Shown piece after piece: positions 11,842 through 24,453 of a stretch of 64,000 bases of DNA (position 1 is the first letter of the stretch; every line of letters starts with the position of its first letter). Source of the DNA: Octopus bimaculoides (Eukaryota); NCBI RefSeq assembly GCF_001194135.2, contig NC_068986.1, forward strand, positions 20,321,482-20,385,481, given 5' to 3'. The position numbers and the translations under genes are program-made. The notes below the pieces were generated by a model. It ran no database searches. It was given only the letters and a program-made list of their open reading frames with translations, and was not told the DNA's origin.

Positions 11842-14682
11842 ACTTTAGAATAACTACACACACACATATACACACAACATACTCGATCTTACAGTGTCTC
11901 TGTTACAAACAACGGCCACATACAAATCATTCAAAATGATGCTCTCTTAATCATTGTTGAAGCAAATTGGATAATCAAATGTGATATTGGACAACCATCC
12001 CATGGGTCTTAAGTTCAAATTCACTACTGATGAAATATCTGGGCAGTGTACTTAATAAATTCTATGCACTTCAGTTTATTGAGTTGTCAGAAATTGGTAC
12101 CAGATCATATTTAGATGTAATCATATATTGGCTTAATATTATGATGCCAAACTAGACACTAGCTCTTAAAAGTTTCTAATGGCAACCAAGATATTTGAAT
12201 TTTATAGTGTAGGCTCCATGTATGTCAGACATAACAAAAGAATGTGCAGCTACATGCCTCTTTGCTTTCAGTTCAAACAGCTTTTGTAGATAGATGCACA
12301 TTCAATTACAAATACCTAAATGTTTTATAAACATTACACAATATTAGCACAGCAGCATTCTATTTGACTGAAACAATCTTAAAGCACATTTACCCCCCAA
12401 AATAATCACATCAGTTTTCTTTATTCCTTTGAATTCCGTGTTTAAGTTGCCGACATATCTAAATATATTCCAAGAAACAGAATTTAACAGGCATTGACCA
12501 AGTACATGTTGTATATGTCCATGATGACTGGTTTGACAATAAACAGATTGCAACATATTCTGACTCCTCATACCACTGCCTAATCAAACAATGTGTGTCA
12601 GTGTGTAGTACTGTGACAAATACATCCTGTATACCAAATCTGTGGCTCATCTCCAAATATTTCAGGAGCTCTCTATATCTCTTTATCTCTCTCTCTCTGT
12701 CATAATTCTGTCAGAGCTGAGATGACTCACTCTTGTGAATAACAGAATAATGCAAGCTTCCTGCTTTAATTAACAATAAAACTCATATATCATCTTTTCC
12801 TGGGAGACATAACATTTTGCTAACAGCCTTGTCCGACTGCTTTATAAGATTCACAAATATTTCAATATAATCCACTGGTATGAAGTCAGAGGATGAATAC
12901 TGAAGGTTTTCTTCAGGATTCTGTTTCTGGAGACTGTTTTTGTAACTCAAATATTGATCCTTGCCCAATCTATGTAAATAAATAACAAACATCTTCTCCA
13001 GACCATGATGTAAAAGTTATTGAACTGTCAATCTGAGTTCCTTAAACTTATATCAATTCAGAGAGAAAACTAAATGAAATGTCACCAGCATTTTATAACA
13101 GATAAACTCCATCTTTCTTTTATCAGTTCTTTTATTTATTTCCTTAAAATTTTCATTTGCTGACTGCTTTTAGAACACCTTTAGATTTGTTTTTGATAAA
13201 TTTCTTCCTGAATTTTTTTTTATATATATATATAAATGTCTTATATTTTATTTTACAATTTTTTTTTCTCCTTCCATTGAATTTCTTTCATCATATTAAG
13301 TGCTGACAGTTTATCCTTGAAAGACATCTTTTCCAATATTATAGCTGCTGTTATTAAAATATCTCTCTTTAGTCTGTTGGGTAACTCACAAATTTAAAAC
13401 AACATGAATCAGAAATAGACAAAGAAATCAATAGAAAATCATGCAATTTTCTTTGGCACATTTTGACTATTCACTCAGCTACTGTCCACTGTAAAAGTTC
13501 AAATTTTTTTTTTTTTTACATATTTCAATTATTGATCTATACGCTAATTTATTTGATTATCTCGGGATTTCCCTCTCAAAACAAAAATACCAAAATAGTC
13601 AATTGTTATAACAGTGAAAATACCTGTAACAACCATTGAGATGTGAAGAAAAACTGGAGAGAAAATAAGGAAAAATTCTTTGAGCTATCTTTAATCCTTT
13701 TGATACTAACCTGCCTATGACTGTCCCTGGTTCTATGTTACAATCTTCCAATTTTGAAGTGCTTTAAATAAAACCTTCCATCAAAATATGGTGTTAATCT
13801 TTGCTCTGAACACCAGCTTAACAATAGAAAAGTTATTTCACTAAATTCTTCAGTAATTTCAAAATTGATTGAAATAAAGACTGTCTATTTCAACAGAAAT
13901 ATGGGAACAGAAGGATGATATTGATTTGTAACTCAATGTGTTACAAACTCAAAACAGAATTGATAAAATAAGCACTAATATATTTATTGCAGTCACATTT
14001 CCCATCGTCAACAAAAGAAATGATTTCGTATTTAGTTAAAATAGAACTCAATTTTGAGCTAATTGATAATGAAATCACAGTTATCAAATTATATAGGATC
14101 AGATGTGTTGCATTACAATTTCTAATTCTTCAGCTCATATTTCTGTTGTTTGATGACACAGATGTTGGTAAAAATGAGTACCAGTAATAATATGAGTTAA
14201 ACAACCTGTGATATCTTCCCTTATCAAAAGTGCTTTAACCATTAAATAGCAGATATCATCAACTGATGCACACTTGTACAATGTGGGAATCTCAAATGAA
14301 TTTATGCTAACACTTGATATAAAGGAAAGTGAATATTTTACAGCACTTTGTGATAAGAAGATTGCAAATTTTATAATGTAAGAGATTAACAATAATTATG
14401 GTTTTTGTACTTATATAAAGTAGAAAGAAGTATAAGAACTTACCCTTAAGAAAAAGAGATTTTTGTTGTTGTTGTTGTTTTTATGTTTCACACACACATT
14501 CATGCAGCCCTTTCTTGCCATTTAAAGGTTAAGCTAGCAGAGATATAAATGATTAATATTTGATCAACTATCCATTTCATTAATAATAATAATAATAATA
14601 ATACAGTTTGATGGGTTGTAGTATTAGCATATTTCTCCTTAAAAACCATATTGCTAATTTACTACCTTTTCCTCTCCAACAG

Positions 14683-14770
14683 AGATGTCAGCTAAAGAAG
14701 GTCTGTTGTTATGGTGTCAGCGCAAAACAGCACCATACAAAAACGTCAATGTCCAGAATTTCCATCTCAG
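14683..14770 (+). CDS. ACTN: alpha-actinin exon (88 nt, exon 5 equivalent), CH2 start
   Basis: ccaacag|AG ATG TCA...CAT CTC AG|gtaagg; [30 protein letters not shown]. Confidence 0.97.
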
Positions 14771-15559
14771 GTAAGGAAATTAATCCGCTAATCAGTCTGT
14801 TTATCAATCCTCATTTTTCCTTCATTAAGATAATGTCCCAGTTGGGTGACACTATTTCAGTTAATGAATGTCAGTATTGCTGGTAACCCTTCAGTAAATA
14901 TATTTTGTTTATTCCTAAGACTAAATCATTGCTGACATCATCATTATTATTATTATTATTATCTGTGGAAATTACTCTCTCATCTCCACTGGCAGACATT
15001 TTTCTGCAGGAGAAGTCGGGAGAAGAAAACAAAAAACCGAATGAATCGCATTTAAATTATCAGTGCAGCTTCAAATCAATAAATTATATGTCTGTTATAC
15101 TGATCAGTTAAACAGCAGTTACATAATAGATATTCAGTTGTTGATTGAACTAAAGTAAACAAACCTTCTTAGTTTCTAGTTGTAATCATATACATGCTTG
15201 TCTACAACCAACCATTTCAGTCTGTGCTGAATAGATTTTCAATTTTCAGTTTATTATTACATAGAAGTCTTCTTCACTAAAGTTTGGTGAGAGAGTAAGA
15301 GTACCAGATGTTTTATATACTGGTGGCAAGTCCAGGAGTCTGAGGTTCAAGTCCTGTTCTAGATCAACTTTGATATTCTGTCTTTTGGAATAAAATCAAA
15401 TAGCTATCAATTAATCAATTTGTACAATTAATCCAATTGGGTTGCATGCTAAATTATTATGGGGCTGGTGACACTATTATTAGTAGTACAAAAAGCATTG
15501 CCCTCTAGATAGTATTTTCCTAGTTTATGTAATATATAATCATATTTTTTTGCGTATAT

Positions 15560-15835
15560 GGTTGTAAGGTTGTGAGTTCAATTCCTAGTGGAGCATTGTG
15601 TTCTTAAGCAAGGCACTTTATTTCATGTTTCTCCAATCCATTCAGCTGACAAAAATGAGTAGCACCAGTGTTTCAAAGGACCCGCTTCATTCTGTGTCAC
15701 ACTGAATCTCCTTGAGAGCTACATTAAGGGTACACATATCTGCACATTAATTTCATGAGCAGGTTGTTCCATTGATCAAATCAACTGGAACCGTCATCAT
15801 CATAACCAGTGCAGTGCCGGTTATAGGACCTCAGA
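15560..15835 (+). mobile_element. family E SINE, degraded
   Basis: Shares tgtgtcacactgaatctcc...gagcaggttgttccattgatc...actggaacc with the reverse complement of 11468-11841. Confidence 0.7.
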
Positions 15836-16547
15836 GTTTAATGTGTCCTTTCTTAAGACAGCAGAGTATGGTTTGGGTATTTATTCATTTAAGGAAGGAT
15901 TCTTTAACCCCTCCCCCACCTCCTCTAACTTTTTTATTTTAATGCCTTATTTTTCAAAAAAGCAGTCATTGATTTCTTTTGTGTTTTTAATGTGAGATTC
16001 AGAATTTGCAGAAACAAAATTTTGATTGTTTTTGAAGCCGATTTGGAGTAGAGAGAATATGTCATGAATGACGAAGTCACGAATGGCAGTGAACCTAAAT
16101 GGTTGATCGATTAACCGAACAATAAATCCAACAATCAATTAGTTAATTAGTTCAATAGTTAACAAACTGACAAACAAATAATAAAGAAGTGAAATAGAAC
16201 CAATGCATGTGTTTACTATTGGCATAATGACCCTTCTGAATCATCAAACCAATAATGACTTCACATCAGGAATCTTGCAAACCTAATTCAAAAAACAAAA
16301 CAGGAAAGTCCTTTTCAAAAACAAAAACAAAAATAATGAATCTCGTTCCAGTGTTATATGAATGTATTTATATATTAATTATGTAGAAAAATACTGTCTT
16401 GTAATGGCTGTATTAGCTCTGAAAATAACGGATGTAATGTGTATTCAATAATGGAAGTAATTAATCCTTTACTGATTGACTTTCTGAAAATATATAATGT
16501 TGTTGATTCAATTTATTAACAGCGAAAATGTAATTACAAATGCAAAC

Positions 16548-16810
16548 ATCATTACCATTCATTTAACATCCGTTTTCCATGCTGGCATGGGTTGGACAGT
16601 TTGACAGGAGCTGGCAAGCAGGTGGGCTACACTGGGCTCCAGTTGTCTGTTTCGGTATGGTTTTTATGGCTGGATGCCCTTCCTAACACCAACCACTTTA
16701 CAGAGTGCATTGGCTGCTTTTTATGTGCCACCACCATGGGTACTTTTCATGTGCCACCAGCATGGGTAATTTACATGTGGGGCCAGCACAGGTGCTTCTT
16801 ATGTGACGCC
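16548..16810 (-). mobile_element. family C element
   Basis: tttaacatccgttttccatgctggcatgggttggac...ggatgcccttcctaacaccaaccac. Confidence 0.8.
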
Positions 16811-17037
16811 CCCCCCCCCCACACTTACACAAATATTAGGTCAATGACAAGAGAACAGAAATTATGTAGCCACTTTCATTGCCCTACAGCGGTTTCTGCT
16901 ATATGGAACTGTGTGCCCAGAGTTTGAACATCGGTGTAACACCTTCATTGGTAACAACTATGATACAATCCTAAGTAAATAAAATCATAAAATATGTATA
17001 CAAAATATATAGTTATACACTTCAAATATTAACTAAA

Positions 17038-17103
<66 letters not shown>

Positions 17104-17185
17104 CATACATATATATATATGTATATATATATGTGTGTATGTATATATATATATATATAATACATGCATACACACACACACATGC
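17038..17185. repeat. compound (TG)n(TA)n microsatellite; representative of dozens of TA/TG/GA/TTA/CAT tracts
   Basis: Directly visible. Confidence 0.95.
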
Positions 17186-17752
17186 AAAAGGACTTCCTGT
17201 TTTTGTGAATGCACTCACATTAGAGAAATTCTAGAAAGCAACTCTAAATCTAAACATAAGCTAAAGACTTTTTTTTTATGGTTTAACATAAAACGTTTGA
17301 AGCAACAGGTTAAAATTCCACACTTTAAACAAATTAATGCCTAAATTTGTGATATTTTATAAGAAAGGTCAAAATAAATAAATAGTAAAATGACTTGGAT
17401 GAAAAGTTATTGAAATATGAAAGGGAAACGAAAACATTAGTGAAATAACTTTCTTTGACATCTATTGGTAAGACTGGAATACATAAATAAATAGTGAAAT
17501 AACTTTATGCAAAGGGAAATGGAGAAAGTTACTGAAATAACTTTGAAATGTAGAAAGTTATAAAATGGAGACACGTGAAAGTACTTTCATTTGCTCTCTA
17601 GAATGAGATATGTGGGTGGAAGTAACAAAGAAGTGAATTTAGGTCTAAAGATGTAGACAGAAGCGAGTCGTAGCGAATGAACGCTGTAGAAAGTGATGAG
17701 TGTTATGAGCAAAGATAGTGTTGAAAATGAAAATAAAGACAACAGTTTTATT

Positions 17753-18390
17753 AAAATATATTAAAATTGGGATTTCTACAGATTTAACCATCATATTCCT
17801 TTGACTCAAAATTTTGTTTTAGAGTTTTGGTTACATATCTAGATATACTTGCAGTAGTATCATTGCATTAAAGATTGTGAAATCTTTACAAAACTATTTC
17901 ACTTTTAAATTAAGACACATGAGATGATGCTCTGATTATGCTCTGAAAATATATTAAAATTGGGATTTCTACAGATTTAACCATCATATTCNNNNNNNNN
18001 NAAATATATTAAAATTGGGATTTCTACAGATTTAACCATCATATTCCTTTGACTCAAAATTTTGTTTTAGAGTTTTGGTTACATATCTAGATATACTTGC
18101 AGTAGTATCATTGCATTAAAGATTGTGAAATCTTTACAAAACTATTTCACTTTTAAATTAAGACACATGAGATGATGCTCTGATTATGCTCTGAAAATAT
18201 ATTAAAATTGGGATTTCTACAGATTTAACCATCATATTCCATTGACTCAAAATTTTGTTTTAGAGTTTTGGTTACATATCTAGATATACTTACAGTAGTA
18301 TCATTGTATAAAAGATTGTGAAATCTTTACGAAACTATTTCACTTTCAAATTAAGACACTTGAGATGATGTTCTGATTATGCTCTGAAAA
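17753..18390. repeat. 193-bp tandem repeat spanning a 10-N gap
   Basis: Units start at 17753, 17946, about 18001 and 18194. Confidence 0.9.
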
Positions 18391-21171
18391 TTGCTTGAGT
18401 TCCCATTGCAATTACTAGTGTACATCGTATTGGGAAGAAAACTGCTAAAAGGAAACCAGATTCACTTGTTATTCACTTGTTACTACAATGATTTTCTTCA
18501 GCAGGAAGTATTGTGATAGGGAAGTTCCTGTCGTAGCATTTAATTACTTCTGCTTTCATAGGGGCTTCGAAAATTTTACTTACAAATGTTGGCCTCTACT
18601 ACCTGCTGCTCTTATCCCATCTCTCTCTCTCTCACACATATACACACATATATATATATATTTTAGTAAGACTGCTAAAAGCAAGTAATTTGCAGTCTTG
18701 CTATTTTAAATTTTTTCTCACTGTTTTCCTATAACACATCGGCTGTCAATAATGTAAATTGCTGCTGCTGTTGTTCCATTGGAGGAGGCCTGTTACTGCT
18801 TCCACTGCATCTTTATTCTTGCTCTCTGTCATCCTCATCCTTCAGGCTCCTTTTATAGCCAATAAATGACTCAGAGGGGGGATCTTACTCATTTACTTTT
18901 CCCACTGCTTAATTTGTACATTTTCCTGCTCACTAGGTTCTTTCCAACTACTGGAAGGGAAAGGAAAGGGGAAGGAGTTTTAAACCATGGATTGAGATGA
19001 GCCTGTAACCCCATGAAACACTTCAGAGTATATTTCTTCCCCCCCCACCACCACCACCACCACTCTGCCGCCCTCTCCAACCCTTTACATTCAATATATT
19101 TCCTTTCGCTCCTGTTATCTGTGCTGCTAAAGCCAGATGATGTGGGTTAGGGTACTTATTCCTGTGAAGGTCTTTGGTGGATCAGGGAGTAACAAAAATG
19201 TAAAGATTGTTTTATTCCCCCCTCAGGGTTAAAAAGAAATTTAAAAAAAAAAATTAAAAAACAGATGGAGTAAATAAAAAAAAAAATGTGTTTAGAATAA
19301 ACTAAAAGGATAAGTGCAAAATAACAGGAATTCCTAAGTAGATAGGAATTATGAATGGAAAAAAATGTGAATGAGATATATACAGGGCTATTAACATAGA
19401 AACATATGATTGGAAGGTTATAAATATAACTGTTGTCTTAAGTCATTGGAATAATGTCAGCTATATCCTGACCATCTTAGAATAACTATAGAAAACAGAA
19501 TTCTATTTCTTTATTGACTCAGAATGAAATATTAAAATGATATTGTGATTGTGTATGTAGATAGTCTTATCATTTCATATTGTAGTTCAAATATATTTTT
19601 CTTATACTTTGTAAATAAAATATCTGACCATAGACAATTTAATTTATTTCAAGCAGATAAGGGACTTTTAGAGTTATTATTTTACCAGTTTAAAAACATG
19701 CATCAGTAAATCTATATTATACAATTTTGACCTTTTTTATAATACATTTATATGCACATATTTTGTATGTAGCCATAGAAAGTGGTTCACTATGATATTT
19801 GGTAGACCAAATACCATATGAATAAGGTTAGATTTTTATGCTACAAGTAATCAATTTATTGATTTTTATACATTTACTTACATACTGTTTTTTAATTGTA
19901 GAGAAAATTAATCATAACATATTGGTGAAGAAAATTGAAGTTTATTGAATCTAAATTTAAATGTATTTTAAAATTCCACTTATGTTTCAGGTTTGTCCCT
20001 ACTCTCCAAAAATGTGTTATGGAGTGAGATAGTCTGTTAACATGTTTTCTTCACAATATCTCTATCTGCTTATAACGCTTCCATATTCTAAGAATGTTCA
20101 CAGCGGTGACAGAATGCAAAACCACTAAGAGAACTTCCTTGTTAATTCTTTAACCTGCTAATATAGCAACATGTCTCTTCAAGCTAAACTGTCTAGAAGT
20201 TTTTTTTTAAGAAGTCCTAAATGTTAACACATTCAAAATAAATTTTAATTTAATGCTAACCATATGCATATATAGTGAAGTGAGTCCATGGATCACTTTG
20301 TAGCATTCTATTATGTGGTCACATTAAAGTACATTGAGTACAATACATCTGCTCAAGTAAAGCAGATTAAAGCTGGTCTTTAGCATTGTACAGTAATGTC
20401 TTCAATATTGTGTACTGAAAAGTGTAAATCTTAATCTCATGAATAGAACAAGATTATTCTATTACAGGTAAGATTTAAATAATATATGGAGTCAGAAAAC
20501 TTTGCGGCTATCACAGAAAGCTCCTTTTACAGTCTCGGCTAACAGTCTACAAAGTGATCTAATACAGAGAAATGTAATGTAGAGTGTCCATGCATCTCAG
20601 ATCCAGGAGATGCAATCAATGAAATTACTTCATGAGGATTATATACACCATAAAAATTCAAGAGCTATATTTATATAGCATTTGATGAGATGTGTCCATC
20701 AAACTTTGTCATGTGGTGTTAAGTCAAACTGTTAGTGTGTGTGTGTGTGTGAGGTAGCTGACCAAGATTGGAAGATCATGGATTCAATTACTAAATCAGG
20801 AAGTGAGCAAACCAATTCATTTTTATGTTGCTGCAGTTCACTCAGCTGTAAATGGCTAACTCTGCGACAGACTGGTTTTCCATTCTGTGGAGGTGGGCGA
20901 CAATGGCCTGTCCACCTCCCCAACCAGGTGGCATCATTTAAAAGCTACAGCAGTGCAAAGGTGTGCATTGTGACCAGTGCTATATACCAACATCTGATAG
21001 CCTGGCTGATACTGTGAGAGTGACGTAGAACTCAATACACTGGGTTGAAAATATTCTCGAGTCACATCTAAAAAAAATTTTTATGATTATTTTGAACAGG
21101 TTTTTTGTTTTGTTGTTTTTTTTTTGTTTTTTTTGCTTTTGGTATTTTTAAAAACTTATCATTTGGCACAT

Positions 21172-21550
21172 GAGTGGCTGTGTGGTAAGTAGCTTGCTTA
21201 CCAACCACAAGGTTCCAACTTCAGTCCCACTATGTGGCACCTTGGGCAAGTATCTTCTACTATGGCCTTAGGCCGACCAAAGCCTTGTGAATGGATCTGG
21301 TAGATAGAAACTGAAATAAGCTCCTCATATATATATATATATGTATGTATGTATGTGTTTGTCCCTCCAGCATTGCTTGACAACCGATGCTGGTGTGTTT
21401 ACATCCCCGTAACTTAGCAGTTCAGCAAAAGAGACTGATAGACAGAGACTAGGCTTACAAAGAATAGGTCCTGGGGGCGATTTGCTCAACTAAAGGCACT
21501 GCTCTAGCATGGCCACAGTCAAAATGACTGAAACAAATAAAAGAAAAAGA
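21172..21550 (+). mobile_element. full-length family A SINE
   Basis: Collinear with 7154-7580. Confidence 0.9.
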
Positions 21551-22580
21551 ATTAGATCCATTTGTACTCATCTCCAAATATGCCCTATTTGAAAGGTCTC
21601 ATAGCTTTCTTTATATAACATTTTTTAACACTAGAGACTGTTCCTTCTATCATCATAGTCTCTTACATTATTCAGTTAATGCTGCTTGTGTCGAAAGCTG
21701 GCAGAAATGTTAGCATACTGGGTAAAATGCTAAGCAGTATTTCATCTATTTTTATGTTCTGCCCCCCCCCCCCTCCTAAAAAATTTTCGGGCCTTGTGCC
21801 TACAGTAGAAAAGAATGTTGCATGTGTCTCTTATTTCAACTCCCCCCCCCNNNNNNNNNNNNNNNNNNNNNNNNNNNNNNNNNNNNNNNNNNNNNNNNNC
21901 CACCACCACACACACTTATCATCTGAGTGGTTCCCCACAGGAAAAAACAACCTGCTGGGAAAATAATTGCTCTAAAAAATAAAAAATTAAATAAACAGTT
22001 CACTCATTTAAGTGCAGAAATATTGATGTTGAAGAAACACACAAAAATGAAAAATAAATATCTGCTCCTCCAAATATATGCATAATCTAATGATTTTAGT
22101 TAAACCTCTAATGACATTCTATATAGTAACGCCTCGTTATATGTACTTTACTTTAAACTAGTATTTTCCACCGGTCAGCTCCTTATATGTCATTCAGTTT
22201 TTTTTGTTTTTTTTTGTTTTTTGTTTTTTTTTGGCAGAATCTAGACCAGATGCTTAGTAGCATTTCTTCTGGCTTTTTACATTCCAAGTTCAAATGTTGC
22301 CGACGTTGATTTGCCTTTCATCCTTGCAGGTTCTATAAAATAAATACCTGTCAAGCACTGCATTTGGTGCGATTGACTAGCCCCTCTGCCAAAAAAAAAA
22401 AAGGCGAAAGTAAAGAAAGAAAAGAAAAATTGCATAAGACAGAATTTCATTTTAATACTTTGAACCAGAAGCTCTTTATACCATTGCTATCCGCTTGTGT
22501 GGTTTTTTAAATTTTTATTATTATTATTATTATAAATTGTTTTATAAAAATTGCATAAATGTATATTTATCATATTACAG

Positions 22581-22659
22581 CTGGAAGGATGGTCTGGCTT
22601 TCTGTGCCCTGATCCACAGACATCGTCCAGAACTGCTGGATTATTACAAACTCACCAGG
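22581..22659 (+). CDS. ACTN: alpha-actinin alternative exon 6a (79 nt), CH2
   Basis: attacag|C TGG AAG GAT...ACC AGG|gtaaat; (S)[26 protein letters not shown]. Confidence 0.93.
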
Positions 22660-23232
22660 GTAAATCAATCTAAAAGAGTTCTCTGCAAGTTATCACTGTT
22701 GAGCTGATAACAATAAACTCCGTTTTGTCACCCTCACGTTGTCCAACTTGTTGCCACCCATCTATTTGTTGTCTGACCAGTGCTTTACTTATGCTGCTCA
22801 CACAAACACTATCTAACTGAGCAAGTTTTGGCAGTTTATAGAATAAAAAAATGATAATTAAGAGACATAAAAAGATAATTATTTTCTCTATTCTTTTTTT
22901 AACTTCTATCATTCTTCTCCCTCAGAATCATTTTCTCTCAGTCTGACATATCACTGGCAAGAAACGCCAGAAGTGAAATGAAATTTCATTTGTTTTGTTG
23001 TTTACTTACACATATAGAGAAAATAACATATCAAGTTTTTCTTGAAGAAAAAAAAAACTGCCAGAACTTGCTTCTTTTGGTGACGGTGCTAAATCCTTAC
23101 TACCTGACACTCTCTTCTTTTATTTCTTCTCTATCTATTTAATATCTGGTGTCTGTCTGTTCAGGAATGCTAACTCTCCGTTGAGCAACTCATCAAAATG
23201 CATGTATTGTATGTTTCTTTGTCTTTCTACAG

Positions 23233-23311
23233 CTTTAAAGATGGCTTGGCCTTCTGTGCACTGATTCATCGGCACCGGCCAGATTTAATTGATTACCACA
23301 AATTGTCCAAG
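23233..23311 (+). CDS. ACTN: alpha-actinin alternative exon 6b (79 nt), CH2
   Basis: tttctacag|C TTT AAA GAT...TCC AAG|gtgagt; (S)[26 protein letters not shown]; missed by the ORF track. Confidence 0.93.
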
Positions 23312-24156
23312 GTGAGTGTAGTGTAGAGTAGCAGTTAGCGACAACCAAAATTGTTTTCATTTCTATCATTTTTATTTTTTTAGTTTACTATAGAAACTAT
23401 ATCAGGTTACTGTAGTCTAGGGCTGTTTTTTTTTTTAATAAAAAGGAAGTGGTGCAAAAATATCTGCAGCAATTAAAGTGTGTGCCCTATTTTTACAATA
23501 AGCTAGTCAGACGAAATTCGGTTACGTACTATTATAATAATGATAATAATTAAAGGTTGAGCAATGACTTTGGGGTTGTCTTGCCAGCACTCCTTTCAAT
23601 AATAATCTGCTCAAGGCAACCTGTGTTATAATTTTATTAAAATTCCAACTGAAATCTGCTTATTACAAGAATGTTAACAAAAGATTTCAGTAAGCAAACA
23701 TTTTCCTCATATTTTGATTTTCATGTAAAAGCTCTTTGTGTTCCTAGGTCACTGTGAGAGCCTTGATATGGCTGTTTTACTTGCTAGAAATAGCAGCCGA
23801 ACTTCTACCATCTTATAAAGAACACATTGGCTACTGTTGTCCAGAGTACACTATTCTTTAAGAAATATATCAATAGTATACTTTTGTTAGAAATATGGTA
23901 TATGAAAGTCATAAACTGAGGCTAACATAGTAAGTTCAAGGCCTAGCATCTTAAAGATGAGGTGATAAAAACTATACCTATACTATTACCTAATTAAAAC
24001 CATCATTTATTGTTTCTATGTAATTGGTGTAACTACACTTACACTTTCTAAGTTTTTCATTCTACTCTGGACTTTATTAGCAGTTTTAAAGAATATAATT
24101 TATCCTCCAATTTTGTTTTAACAGCAGTTTAGCTTTTAGTATACTTTGAAGAAGCT

Positions 24157-24188
<32 letters not shown>

Positions 24189-24408
24189 ATGTGTATATTA
24201 TAATGTCAGAAGACTTTAGAAACTTCAGAGACATGAAATAAATTGCTTTTAATGGTAGAATCTGAAGTAGATAAAGCTATAAATAAAAGCATGTAGATCA
24301 CTGGATTAAAAAGAGGAGCCTGAATCCCACAGGCAGTTTTTGACTTTTCCATCTAAGGGTTTTTTTTTAAAACCAATATTTACATGCTTTTATTTATTTT
24401 TACATATG

Positions 24409-24453
<45 letters not shown>

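Noticed and set aside
15947-16138. CpG-richer 63-aa minus-strand ORF as a nested gene exon
   Set aside because: No recognisable motif, splice partners or family.
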